Shown one piece after another: positions 9,836 to 19,808 of a stretch of DNA of 64,000 bases (within the stretch, counting starts at the first letter, position 1; each line of letters starts with the position of its first letter). The stretch spans positions 115,940 through 179,939 of the forward strand of contig JBNKTL010000002.1 of the NCBI GenBank assembly GCA_050298055.1. The letters run 5' to 3'. The position numbers and the translations under genes are program-made. The stretch comes from Spirochaetota bacterium. Lineage in GTDB: Bacteria > Spirochaetota > UBA4802 > UBA5550. The notes under the pieces are model-generated. The model was not told the origin of the DNA. It was given only the letters and a program-made list of their open reading frames with translations, and did not search any database.

Positions 9836-10918
9836 CTATACATGTTCAACTATTTTTTTTGTTATTTCATGCAGTGGTACAATCTCTACAACACCGCCCA
9901 TTTCAACTGCCACCCTGTTCATACCAAAAACAACTGAGGTTTCCTCATCCTGGGCAATTGTATATCCACCGCGGTTCCTGATCTCCCTTGTTCCTTCAGC
10001 ACCGTCTCTTCCCATCCCTGTCATGATGACACCAACGGTTTCAGCCCCGGAATTACCGGCAAGAGATTCAAAAAGTATATCAATGGAAGGGCGGTGCCCG
10101 GACCTTTTGTCCCCCCTGTCCAGCCTGACCCTGTATTTGCCAGGGTTACCTTCAAGTTTTATATGGGAATGCCCCGGTGCTATCAGCGCATGTCCCGGCA
10201 GGACCTGGTCATTGTCCTCTGCTTCCTTTACAATCAGCTTCGATGAATCATTCAGCCTTTCAGCAAATGCCCGGGTAAAACCTTCAGGCATATGCTGAAC
10301 AACAAGAAGCGGAGAGGGGAAGTTATCCGGGAATCCCCTGAAGAGTTTCAGAAGGGCGGCAGGCCCCCCGGTTGAAGTACCGATCCCAACGACTTTACTG
10401 CTTGCATCCCCCGGATTGAATAATCTATCAGATATTTTAACCGGTTCGGCAATTCTCTCCCTGTTTTTTACAGGTAATATCGGTTCGGTCCTTTTCTGTT
10501 CTGTTTTTGGAAATTTAATATTACAGACTGATTTGACTTTTGATATAAGGATATCTCCGAACTCATCCAGTGTAAGCGAAAGGACCGATGAAGGTTTTGG
10601 GACAAAATCAACTGCCCCAAGATCAAGGGCCCTGAAAGTTGCTTCCGCACCATGCTTCGTAAGCACACTGAGCATGATAACCGGTTTCGGATTGGTTGTC
10701 ATGATCTCTTTCAGTGCTGAAAGACCATCGAGTATGGGCATTTCTATGTCCAGGGTGATGACATCCGGTTCAAGCTCATTGTTGCGGTATATTGCCGTCT
10801 TCCCATTATTCGCCGAACCTATAACGTTAATCCGGGGATCACTTTCAAGAATATCAGTAATTATTTTCCTTACAAGGGACGAGTCGTCAACTACGAGGAC
10901 ATTGATTTTATCCGACAT
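9836..10918 (-). CDS. cheB: Chemotaxis protein-glutamate methylesterase
   Basis: Receiver domain plus GTSTGGP, VQHMP, HRPSID, MTGMGRDGAEG; ATG at 10918 (MSDKINV) preferred. Confidence 0.97.
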   Translation of the reverse strand: MSDKINVLVVDDSSLVRKIITDILESDPRINVIGSANNGKTAIYRNNELEPDVITLDIEMPILDGLSALKEIMTTNPKPVIMLSVLTKHGAEATFRALDLGAVDFVPKPSSVLSLTLDEFGDILISKVKSVCNIKFPKTEQKRTEPILPVKNRERIAEPVKISDRLFNPGDASSKVVGIGTSTGGPAALLKLFRGFPDNFPSPLLVVQHMPEGFTRAFAERLNDSSKLIVKEAEDNDQVLPGHALIAPGHSHIKLEGNPGKYRVRLDRGDKRSGHRPSIDILFESLAGNSGAETVGVIMTGMGRDGAEGTREIRNRGGYTIAQDEETSVVFGMNRVAVEMGGVVEIVPLHEITKKIVEHV

Positions 10919-13900
10919 TTGAATGCAACCCTTCAATAAGAGTTTTCATAGATTCTGCTTCCGGGAAAATAAGAAGATTGCCGAGAAGCTTATCATCCTG
11001 GAGAAAGAAAGCCGTGTCCATAACAACCGCATAGTCGTTTTGAACATTCTGCACAACCAGGATGGAATCAATTATGGATTGCATGTAGTCGTGTACAATA
11101 AGAGGAACATCCGGTTTTATCATCAGGCCGGTTTTTTCAACCATTGTGTTTATCATAGATGAACCGATTATATTGGTAATCTCCTGAAGTGCCGATTCAC
11201 CGTCTTCATTAAGTGTCTTTGTTTCACTGCTGTTCGTCCCATACAGAAGATCAATAAGTTCGAAGCCAACATCATCTTTCAGAATATAGAGTATGGTACC
11301 CTTAACATCACCGTTCATTGGGAGCATTACGCCAATATAAGTACTGTCAATTTCTCCGATGTACTCGGGGATCTTTTCATTGGGTTTTAATGCAACGAGG
11401 GGTATTGAAAGGTCAATTCTCTTATCCACAATTTTTGAGAGAGATTCAGCCGCAACCGTTGCACCCACATTTGCGACCATCTGCAATTCATTCAGGTCTT
11501 CCCTGCTCAGCTGGAGCGAGGCCTCCATATGGTCTCCCGGTTCACCCGTTCCCAGTGTCTGGCTGATATTATCCTTAAGCTCACTCTTAAAATCATCAAG
11601 CGCCTTTTTTACTTCAGGATCCACATCCCCGCTTTTTTCACTTGCAAATGTCTGCCCGACGCCTGTAAGCTTTTCGCCGGTTTCAGCTTTTATCTTTTCT
11701 TCTTCAATTATTTCAACAGGACCGGATTCCTTCATTATCTCATCTTCATCCAGTTCTATTATATCAAACTCTTCGTCTCTTTCCTGAGTTACCGTATCAA
11801 ATTTTTTCTCTGCTTCTTCAACTGCCGGGATGTCCCGGGTAATTTTCTCCTCAAATACTTCAGTTTTCTCATCAACCAGGTCCGCCAGGGGCTCAGCCTT
11901 TACCGCCTGTTCAGTAAGCAGGGAAGATTCACTCACCTCCTCCACAGCAAGCTTTTCGGCACGGTCTTCTATTTTACTCATGACTTCCTGTTTCTGGATT
12001 GTGCTGATCTTATCCTGCTCTGTTATGACCTTATTGATCATGGTGGCAATGTCGAGGATAAGGCAGATACTTCCATCACCAAGAATAGAAGCCCCGGCCA
12101 GGCCTTCAACAGTCCTGTAGTTCTGCTCAAGGGACTTGATAACAATTTCGAGTTTTCCCTCAAGAGAATCCACAAGGAGTCCAATCTTCCTGTTTCCGAA
12201 ACCTACAACAACCACGGGGATCTTTTCACCCTCTTCGAGGGCGCTCTCAAGGCCCACGAACCTGTTCAGTCTGAGCAGAGACAGGATCTCCCCCCTGAGG
12301 TTAATAACCTCGTGCCCCTCAATAGTTGTCATATCGGATTGGGATATTTTGATTGTCTCTATAACATCCGAAAGGGGTATTGCGTAGAGTTCTTCTCTTA
12401 TCCTGACCATGATCGCGGGTATAATCGCCAGCGTCAGAGGGAAGGTCATCATGAACCGTGTCCCCATACCCGGCTCAGATTCAATACTTACAGAACCGTT
12501 GAGGTCACTGACGATCTGTTTAACAACATTCATCCCCACACCGCGGCCGGATACATCTGTTATTTTTTTTGCGGTTGAAAAACCGGGCAGGAAGATAAAA
12601 TTATATATGTCACCGGTGTCCATATTGGAAAGGAGTTCCGGAGTTGCCAGCCCCTTTTCCAGGACCTTCCGCCTTATGGTCTCAATATCCATCCCTTTTC
12701 CGTCATCACTTACTTCGACGAAAATATGGTTACCTCCCTGGTAGGCATTCAGGGTCACTCTTGCCTTTTTCGGTTTCCCGAGCTTTTCTCTCTCATCCGC
12801 CGGTTCAATACCGTGATCAACCGCGTTCCTGATCAGGTGAAGAAGAGGCTCACCTATTGCATCGATAACCTTTTTGTCAAGCTCGGTATCCTCACCCTTT
12901 ATTATCAACTCTATATCTTTGTTAAATTCCTTTGCAAGATCTCTCACAAGCCTGTTAAACCTGTTAAAAATCTGTCCAATCTCCACCATCCTTGTTTTCA
13001 TGATCCCGGTCTGGAGGTCCTTTGCGATCCTGGACATTCCCTCCATCCTGTTCTTGAATTCGTTGGCAGTAGCTTTATCACTGGTCATTTTTCTGATATC
13101 TTCATACAGCCTGTAGAAACCGGAATTTGATATAACCAGCTCACCCACCGTGTTAAGGAGTTGATCAAGTTTATCAATGGAGACCTTCACTGTCTTTGAA
13201 ACTGCTGTCTTTTTCCTGTCCTGTTCAAGTTTTTCTTCCAGTTTTGAAGGAACAGCTTCTTCCTGCCGGTCCTCTTCACTTTCGTCTACAATCTCTTCTT
13301 CATATTCCTCTTCAGGCTCTTCAGTTTTCTCCGCTGTTTCCTTAACCGAAGACTTCTCTTCCGCCTGTCTCAGGAGTGAAAATTTTTTGTCGAAAACGAT
13401 ATTGTCATCTTCATCCTTTACAATAGTCCGGAGATCAACACTCTGGATAAGGTCGATATTGCATGCTGACTCAATATCATTCCTTGACTTATCCGTTGCA
13501 AATATTACCAGGAAGAGATTATTCGTATCATCATCGCTCAAATCTTCCGTTGACGGGATGGTTTTTATAATCTGTCCGAATCTCCCAAGGTTGCTGAGAA
13601 TCAGCTGGGCCTTTACCCACTTCATCTGTGCACTTTTATCAATAACTATTTTAATCTCGTAGGCTGCCTGTCCCTGTTCAAGGAGTTCAACTATCTCGTA
13701 TCTTTCATTGTCATCAAGCAGGGACTCAACATTCTCCATTACACTGCCGCCGGCCGGGGACTTTACCACGCTCCCAAAATCCTGGGGTGCGGCAGAACTC
13801 ACGGCCTGGATCTCGTTTATTATCCATGTGAGGTCCTGTGTGGGTTTTTCTCCCGAAGCAATTGAATCAATAACAGAGTTAATCTCATCGAAGCATTTAA

Positions 13901-14174
13901 AGATAACATCAACTATCTCCGGTGTTATCATGAGGGTTTTGTCTCTGATTCCCTGGAGAAGGTTCTCCATTTTGTGTGCGAGATTGCTGAGATCATTAAG
14001 GCCCACAAAAGCAGCCGAGCTTTTCAGTGAATGGGCGGCCCTGAATATATCATTTATTATATCAATATTGTCTGGATTTTTCTCCAGTTCAAGGAGGTTC
14101 TGATTCAGTTCCTGAAGCTGTTCATCAGCTTCTTCAAGGAAGATGTCCTGGTACTCTCCAAGGGTAAATGACAT
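10908..14174 (-). CDS. cheA: Chemotaxis histidine kinase CheA with a C-terminal CheC-like domain
   Basis: Hpt IFRAAHSLKS, P2, dimerisation, HATPase (HLIRNAVDHG, FLPGFSTA, SGRGVGM), CheW-like P5, then an acidic linker and a CheC-like domain (SALQEITNII). Confidence 0.95.
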   Translation of the reverse strand: MSFTLGEYQDIFLEEADEQLQELNQNLLELEKNPDNIDIINDIFRAAHSLKSSAAFVGLNDLSNLAHKMENLLQGIRDKTLMITPEIVDVIFKCFDEINSVIDSIASGEKPTQDLTWIINEIQAVSSAAPQDFGSVVKSPAGGSVMENVESLLDDNERYEIVELLEQGQAAYEIKIVIDKSAQMKWVKAQLILSNLGRFGQIIKTIPSTEDLSDDDTNNLFLVIFATDKSRNDIESACNIDLIQSVDLRTIVKDEDDNIVFDKKFSLLRQAEEKSSVKETAEKTEEPEEEYEEEIVDESEEDRQEEAVPSKLEEKLEQDRKKTAVSKTVKVSIDKLDQLLNTVGELVISNSGFYRLYEDIRKMTSDKATANEFKNRMEGMSRIAKDLQTGIMKTRMVEIGQIFNRFNRLVRDLAKEFNKDIELIIKGEDTELDKKVIDAIGEPLLHLIRNAVDHGIEPADEREKLGKPKKARVTLNAYQGGNHIFVEVSDDGKGMDIETIRRKVLEKGLATPELLSNMDTGDIYNFIFLPGFSTAKKITDVSGRGVGMNVVKQIVSDLNGSVSIESEPGMGTRFMMTFPLTLAIIPAIMVRIREELYAIPLSDVIETIKISQSDMTTIEGHEVINLRGEILSLLRLNRFVGLESALEEGEKIPVVVVGFGNRKIGLLVDSLEGKLEIVIKSLEQNYRTVEGLAGASILGDGSICLILDIATMINKVITEQDKISTIQKQEVMSKIEDRAEKLAVEEVSESSLLTEQAVKAEPLADLVDEKTEVFEEKITRDIPAVEEAEKKFDTVTQERDEEFDIIELDEDEIMKESGPVEIIEEEKIKAETGEKLTGVGQTFASEKSGDVDPEVKKALDDFKSELKDNISQTLGTGEPGDHMEASLQLSREDLNELQMVANVGATVAAESLSKIVDKRIDLSIPLVALKPNEKIPEYIGEIDSTYIGVMLPMNGDVKGTILYILKDDVGFELIDLLYGTNSSETKTLNEDGESALQEITNIIGSSMINTMVEKTGLMIKPDVPLIVHDYMQSIIDSILVVQNVQNDYAVVMDTAFFLQDDKLLGNLLIFPEAESMKTLIEGLHSNVG

Positions 14175-14215
14175 GCTGTTACTCCAGTAAATTAACTCTG
14201 AGGGAAAATGAACTG

Positions 14216-14776
14216 TCAGACCTGTACCGAGTTCATCTCGTCAATTTCCTCTTCTGTAAAAATGATATTATCCATATTCAGAATAACTATCAACCTGTCT
14301 TTGAGTCTTCCAATCCCCGATATAAAATACTCGGATACTCCCTCAATAAGGTCGGAGGGTTCATCAATATTCCCTTCAGGGATCCTGACCACCTGATAAA
14401 CATTGTCCACAAGAAGCCCGACTTTTCTCTCACCGGTCTGTATAACGATTATGCGTGTAAGGTCTGTAATCCCCACAACAGGAAATCCGAACCTTTTCCT
14501 TGCATCAACAACAGGTATGACATTACCCCTGAGATTTATCACGCCTTTTATAAATTCCGGTGTGTTAGGAAGCCGTGTTATGGCAGGGATCCTGAGGATT
14601 TCATGAACCATGAGGATGTCAACTCCATACTCAACATCATCAATAGTAAAACTGACAAGCTGTGAAACATTCCCCTCGGCATAATGCTCTTCACCCTCTG
14701 CTTCCGCAAGCTTTAGTTTCTCATTGAGTTCATCCTGCTTCTTGATCAGTTCATCAACACTCATATCATGCTTCAT
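14216..14776 (-). CDS. cheW: Chemotaxis coupling protein CheW
   Basis: YGVDILMVHEI...GVINLRGNVIPVVD...VGLLVDNV. Confidence 0.96.
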   Translation of the reverse strand: MKHDMSVDELIKKQDELNEKLKLAEAEGEEHYAEGNVSQLVSFTIDDVEYGVDILMVHEILRIPAITRLPNTPEFIKGVINLRGNVIPVVDARKRFGFPVVGITDLTRIIVIQTGERKVGLLVDNVYQVVRIPEGNIDEPSDLIEGVSEYFISGIGRLKDRLIVILNMDNIIFTEEEIDEMNSVQV

Positions 14777-15123
14777 TGTTTATTTAACCTGAAAAAACTT
14801 TTCATATTGAAAACGACTTCATTATAAAGTCAGAAATATTCATACGGTACGACTTATATTTTAAATGCTTCCGATATCCGTTTTATTATTTCATTAATGC
14901 GATTATCCATAAACATATCCGAGTTACTAATAATATTAAAATTTGAGCTTATAGTTCAAGCAATTTTTTTTTTCAGTGGTAATTTCTCACTCTTCTTCGT
15001 TTTATATAATATCGGAAGATTTATTGAGGAAATCAATGGTAATATTTAATAATATGACGAGAGATTCTCCATCTCAATACATTTTCTATCTGCATTAATC
15101 AGCGATTTCATAAATTATGCTTA

Positions 15124-15570
15124 TCAGTACTTCAACGGCAGCCCTGCCCTTTTCCACGATTCGATACCGCCGCTCAGGTTATATATCTCCCTGTATCCGC
15201 TCCTTGCAAGAACCTGTCCTGCAGCATAGCTCCTTCCTCCAACTGCACAGACCAGAACAATTGCCTTGTCTTTCGGGAGGTTATGCTGCCCTCTCATCAC
15301 AGACCAGAAGGACATGAGGTTTGATCCCTCAATCCTTCCATATTGCAACTCCCCCGGAGTTCTGACATCAATGATGAGTATATCGCTTCTGGAATCAATC
15401 AGTCTTTTTGCCATGTGAGGCGGGATGGATCTGAATGAGCCCTGGCCCGGACCAGATAATCCTGCAGAATTCTGATTTGAGGACTGATTATAATTATACT
15501 GGTCCTCAGTCTCGCTGCATCCAAAGAGCAGAAAAAGAAATGCCGTAAAGAGAAACACTATTCTTTTCAT
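15124..15570 (-). CDS. Rhodanese-domain lipoprotein
   Basis: Signal peptide with lipobox LFGC; IIDVRTPGE, active-site loop CAVGGRS, YNLSGGIESW. Confidence 0.88.
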   Translation of the reverse strand: MKRIVFLFTAFLFLLFGCSETEDQYNYNQSSNQNSAGLSGPGQGSFRSIPPHMAKRLIDSRSDILIIDVRTPGELQYGRIEGSNLMSFWSVMRGQHNLPKDKAIVLVCAVGGRSYAAGQVLARSGYREIYNLSGGIESWKRAGLPLKY

Positions 15571-15701
15571 TAAATAATCCCCGTGCACATTGCCCCTTAT
15601 AAGGACAATGTTCTCTGTTTAAAAAATATTGTGAAGTATGGTTAACTGGAGGATTCTTTGTTACATCCATCGAGGTTTAACCTTTTTTTACTGACGAATT
15701 G

Positions 15702-17720
15702 TTATTTCTTTAATTCAGTCAAGCCTTTTTTATCAGTAACAAAAAGGACTTTTTCGCCGGATGCGGCAAGATTCCCGGATATAACGGAGGGTGTGACAAC
15801 CGACCATTTTACGTCACCGGTTTCCTTGTTAACAACATAGAAGGCTTTGTCCACAGCCAGATAGATATGTTCCCTGTCCGATATGGCGTTTCGCTCAATC
15901 CTGTTGCCGATACTTGACTTCCATATGGATCTTCCGGTGCCGTCAATCTTATAAATAATCCCTCCTGTTGTAAAGATGTAGATATCCTTTCCTTCTATAA
16001 GCATTTCCGAAAGTACATCAGACCCAAAATTTCTACTCCAGAGGAATTCATCAACGAGATAGTTATAACAGATCAGATTACCCATATCTGAAATAATAAA
16101 AAGATTGGATTTATGGATAACCATGGATACAATTCTCGATTCAAACTTTTTCCTGATTATTTTGATACCCCTGTTCCTGTCAATACCGTACAACCTGCCA
16201 CCTTTAAGAGAAATCAAAACCATATGCCTGCCCAGAACCGGCGTGGTTTCAAGTGCATCTTCAAAACCGAGTTCCCATAACTCTTCCCCGTTCTTTGTGT
16301 ACCGGTAAAGGACCCCACTCGTCGTTGCAACGTAGAGGCTCTCCCTGTCTGTAATTACCCTTACATTCTTCTGTAAATATCCCTTTATTTTCCTGGACCA
16401 GAGAAGTTTGCCATTCATCAGGTCAACGGCCCCCAGGATGTTTCCGGTTGTGGAGAAAAAAAGCCTTTTCCCGTCTACCACAGGTCTTGATTCAATTTCA
16501 CCGGGAAGTGACAGGGACCATTTAACCTGTTTGAGGTCAATTGCTTCAATGTCGCCATTCCCGTTAACACTTAAAAAGACACCGGTTGCCGGAACATAAA
16601 GGAGATAAAGGGCCCTGTTTTTCTTTTTCCATCCCACAAAACCGGATGTTCCCGTCCTTTTTTTGACGGACTTCTCCTTTTTTGCCTGCAGTTCTGCCAG
16701 AGAATTACTGATCTCTTCTGATTTTGCCTCTCCCTCATGTTTTTTAATGAATGAAAGCATGTTCCCTGATGTTTTAAATTCTTCCGGTTTTTTTTCCCTG
16801 ACTGTTGGTGCCGGAATCAGGGACAGTTCTTTCCTGAGAGCTTCCGGAAGCACTGTATCAAATTTTTTGTTATAGTGTTTTACATTGCAGCTGCTCCCCC
16901 TGTTAACAACAACAGCATTCTCCTCCAGGGCTTTTTCCAGCTCCCTCCTGGCTCCTGCATCCAGTTTATTGGAAAAAAGAGGAAGATTGTTCTTCACTTT
17001 TACTTTCCCTTCATAGACCTCGATAAGCGAATCCCTGTTTGTGTCAACCTTCACACCAAAAAGGGTGCCTTTAACCTCGACAACAGATGACGGGGAGTTA
17101 ATACTTATTGTGTCTCCCCTGCGCAGTTTTTTCACATTGAGCAGCAACTCCCCTTTCACAAGATCCAGGATGAATTTTTTCCTGCCGCCGGAACTGCTTA
17201 TCTTCCCGAGGTGAAGCCTGCTTTTCTCCGCAAGCCTGAACCTTACGTCACTGCCAAGGGAGATATCGGAATAAGACGTCTTTCCCGTTAAAAGGAAGTC
17301 TCCCTCTCTCAGCCTGCTTTTACTGTCCAGCGCCCCCCTTTCTGCCCCTCTCTCAAAACTGACATTGCCGGAGAAACCCTCCGCAGTTGCAAAGAATCCC
17401 CTTTTACTTTCCCCTGCTTTCTCTGTTTTGAAAACGTCCAGCGCAAAAAGAGTCATAACGATAACCAGCGCGGCCAGAGCCGGAGCAATAAGATATCGCA
17501 ATTTCCCTGAAAAACCGTGATCCGGGGATTTGAGCAGAACTTCCTCTTTCCGTTTTCTCTTTATTTCAGAAAGATGGTATATAGAGGGAAAGAGCTCATG
17601 TGCGCAATTCAACTCTGCAGCAAAGAAACAATTCATCAGTTTCCTCCTGTTCAGATTTGCGAAGCTCTTCTTATCCGCAAGCTCTTCAATTATCTCTTTT
17701 ATTTCTTCTTCTATCATCAT
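15702..17720 (-). CDS. Putative anti-sigma factor: TM + FecR domain + PQQ-like (BamB-type) beta-propeller
   Basis: TM helix, then FecR-like GDFLLTG...SPSSVVEVKGTLFGV...IEVYEGKVKV; C-terminal repeats ending in GxxxW (NGKLLW, NGEELW, TGRSIW, TGDVKW); overlaps the sigma-factor stop codon. Confidence 0.8.
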   Translation of the reverse strand: MMIEEEIKEIIEELADKKSFANLNRRKLMNCFFAAELNCAHELFPSIYHLSEIKRKRKEEVLLKSPDHGFSGKLRYLIAPALAALVIVMTLFALDVFKTEKAGESKRGFFATAEGFSGNVSFERGAERGALDSKSRLREGDFLLTGKTSYSDISLGSDVRFRLAEKSRLHLGKISSSGGRKKFILDLVKGELLLNVKKLRRGDTISINSPSSVVEVKGTLFGVKVDTNRDSLIEVYEGKVKVKNNLPLFSNKLDAGARRELEKALEENAVVVNRGSSCNVKHYNKKFDTVLPEALRKELSLIPAPTVREKKPEEFKTSGNMLSFIKKHEGEAKSEEISNSLAELQAKKEKSVKKRTGTSGFVGWKKKNRALYLLYVPATGVFLSVNGNGDIEAIDLKQVKWSLSLPGEIESRPVVDGKRLFFSTTGNILGAVDLMNGKLLWSRKIKGYLQKNVRVITDRESLYVATTSGVLYRYTKNGEELWELGFEDALETTPVLGRHMVLISLKGGRLYGIDRNRGIKIIRKKFESRIVSMVIHKSNLFIISDMGNLICYNYLVDEFLWSRNFGSDVLSEMLIEGKDIYIFTTGGIIYKIDGTGRSIWKSSIGNRIERNAISDREHIYLAVDKAFYVVNKETGDVKWSVVTPSVISGNLAASGEKVLFVTDKKGLTELKK

Positions 17721-18289
17721 TATACTAAACCCTGCGATTTCAGGTGCTGGGAGATAAGTTCAATGGCTTTTTTCATTCTCCATTTTGCCGTTCTCTCCGA
17801 GCAGTCAAGTACATCTGCAATCTCCATATATTTCATCTTGTGGTCAAAGCGGAGAATAAAGACATCCCTGAATTTATCCTTGAGGTTCTGCACAGCATTA
17901 TTAAAGCCCTCTATATCGATATTTCTGACAATCTCTTCTTCAGGCGTATTGTTACTGAAGGGCTTCTCTTTCATCCTGAATTTCTCCTTTTCAACCAGGA
18001 CTTCATTCTTCTTTTTCTTCTTGATATAATTCTTACTGCAATTTACCGCTATCTGGTATATCCAGGATGAAAAATTCATTTTAACATTGAATTTTTCAAT
18101 ATGATTTATGACTCTTATGAAAACATCATGAAATACATCATCTGCAATCTGAGAGTCACCGAGATAGTAATAAATCAGCCTTTTGAGTTTTGGACTGTAC
18201 CTGTTATACAGCTCATCAAAAGCCCTCTCGTTGCCGTTCTTGAAGAGCTTTACAAGCTCTTCATCTCCGGTTTCTTTCAGGTTATCCAT
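17720..18289 (-). CDS. ECF RNA polymerase sigma factor
   Basis: Region 2 (AFDELYNRY...DDVFHDVFI...FSSWIYQIAVN) and region 4 (YMEIADVLDCSERTAKWRM). Confidence 0.93.
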   Translation of the reverse strand: MDNLKETGDEELVKLFKNGNERAFDELYNRYSPKLKRLIYYYLGDSQIADDVFHDVFIRVINHIEKFNVKMNFSSWIYQIAVNCSKNYIKKKKKNEVLVEKEKFRMKEKPFSNNTPEEEIVRNIDIEGFNNAVQNLKDKFRDVFILRFDHKMKYMEIADVLDCSERTAKWRMKKAIELISQHLKSQGLV

Positions 18290-18503
18290 TACTATAATAC
18301 TTACTTACCTGTTAAGGGTTTAGTGCAATTTATCATATGTATATATAAAAAAAACCAGAGAAAAACCGGGTTTTTTTTACTATTCAAAATGATATTCCTG
18401 TCTGTGAAGAGTGTGAAGAATTCTGGGGTAATAATGATTTAATGACAATCACCTTGCAGGATAGTCCTCTCTTCATATTATTCATAGCCTGATAAAGCAT
18501 ATC

Positions 18504-18812
18504 TCAGGCCATTTTTTGAATAACATCCCCGATCAAACCGTCATCAAGCATGGAGACAAGCATTCGCGCCTTCTCTTCAACAGCTTCTTCACTGCCTGCT
18601 TTGATCTTTTTAAGTTGAAAATACTCATCTGCAATATTCAGGGCCGCAAGTATTGCAATCTGTTGGGGATTGGTGTTGGGGATTCCCGAACTTATGTCGA
18701 TCATCTTATCATTGATGTAGTCAGCAAGCCGGCTTATGTACTCCTGAGAAGCATCTCCATTGATTGTGTAGGTCTGGCCGAATATTTCGACTTTAACACT
18801 GTTTGTTTCCAC
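18504..18812 (-). CDS. zapA: Cell division protein ZapA
   Basis: VKVEIFGQTYTI...LADYINDKM...AILAALNIADE. Confidence 0.92.
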   Translation of the reverse strand: METNSVKVEIFGQTYTINGDASQEYISRLADYINDKMIDISSGIPNTNPQQIAILAALNIADEYFQLKKIKAGSEEAVEEKARMLVSMLDDGLIGDVIQKMA

Positions 18813-18838
18813 GATGAAGCCTCCGAAAATAGAAAGAT

Positions 18839-19543
18839 TTATTTATCATCCTCTTCTACAATCAGGAATTCATCATCATCGTCCAGGTCAATATCATCAG
18901 TCTTTTTCGCATCTGTTGAAGCCTCTGTGTCATCGACAATAACCGTATCATCGTCAACATCATCAATAACAATATCATCATCATCGTCATCAAGAAGAAT
19001 AATATCATCTTCTTCATCTTCCACAGCGTCACTCACAGTATCAACTGCTACTGATCCGTTATCCATGTCAGAATCATCATCGATAATAATAATATCCTCA
19101 TCGTCCTCATCAAGATCCATTGCATCTGAAGTATCAACTGATTCAACATTGATCTCATCTTCCTGAATCCCCGCAGACGGTTTCTCCGACATTGCAGCTG
19201 ATGGCGTTCCGCTAACCCGTGATGGCTCATATGTATCTCCCGCAGGGACTTTTCCGGACTGAATAACATCCAGTTTCCCAAGGAGGCTTATGACCTTCTT
19301 CTCAAGGACTTCTTCCTTCTCTCTGATCTCCAAGAGCTCTTTCTGTGCATCATCAAGTTCACTTTTTATTCTCTGGATCTCCTGCTCCTTCTCTTCCAGA
19401 GATAACTTAACTTCCTCGACTTCACCTCTCAGGGCTTCATTCTCGCTCTCATATTTTGCATTTTCTGTCCTTAAGTCTCCTATCAGCTGCAGGGCTTTAA
19501 CAACACGGTTTTCCAGCTCTTCTAGCTGCTGCATTGAAATCAT
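18839..19543 (-). CDS. ZapB-like coiled-coil protein with a long acidic tail
   Basis: N-terminal coiled coil (LEELENRVVKALQLIGDLRTEN) directly upstream of zapA; D/E-rich C-terminal half. Confidence 0.7.
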   Translation of the reverse strand: MISMQQLEELENRVVKALQLIGDLRTENAKYESENEALRGEVEEVKLSLEEKEQEIQRIKSELDDAQKELLEIREKEEVLEKKVISLLGKLDVIQSGKVPAGDTYEPSRVSGTPSAAMSEKPSAGIQEDEINVESVDTSDAMDLDEDDEDIIIIDDDSDMDNGSVAVDTVSDAVEDEEDDIILLDDDDDDIVIDDVDDDTVIVDDTEASTDAKKTDDIDLDDDDEFLIVEEDDK

Positions 19544-19808
19544 CTTTGAACCTCCAAGAATCCTATTAGATAAATAACCTGTATTTCCTGATTGCTTTTT
19601 ACTATTTTCGGCCGATAGTCGAAAAGCAATTAATCCTAAATTCAGTTTATAAAAATTATTTTGATGTTTTTCTTTGAATAAATATATGTTACTACTTCAT
19701 TATACTCATTCACGCATTTTTATTGCCTGAAAAAAGTAAACATCCTTATAGTTGATACAGTTAATCAAATATAATACTTTAAGTCAAGTATATAATCTCA
19801 ATATATAC

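Noticed and set aside
11422..11430. Single perfect DnaA boxes here and at 36181-36189
   Set aside because: Isolated and inside coding sequence; compatible with chance.
11529..12578. 349-aa + strand ORF and many similar antisense ORFs across the window
   Set aside because: Antisense to well-supported genes, with no recognisable motifs.
18290..18503. Possible 6S RNA downstream of zapA
   Set aside because: No long irregular hairpin could be seen; an Rfam search would be needed.
18860..19140. (TCA)n-like tandem repeats
   Set aside because: Explained by the Asp-rich coding sequence; not a CRISPR array or satellite.
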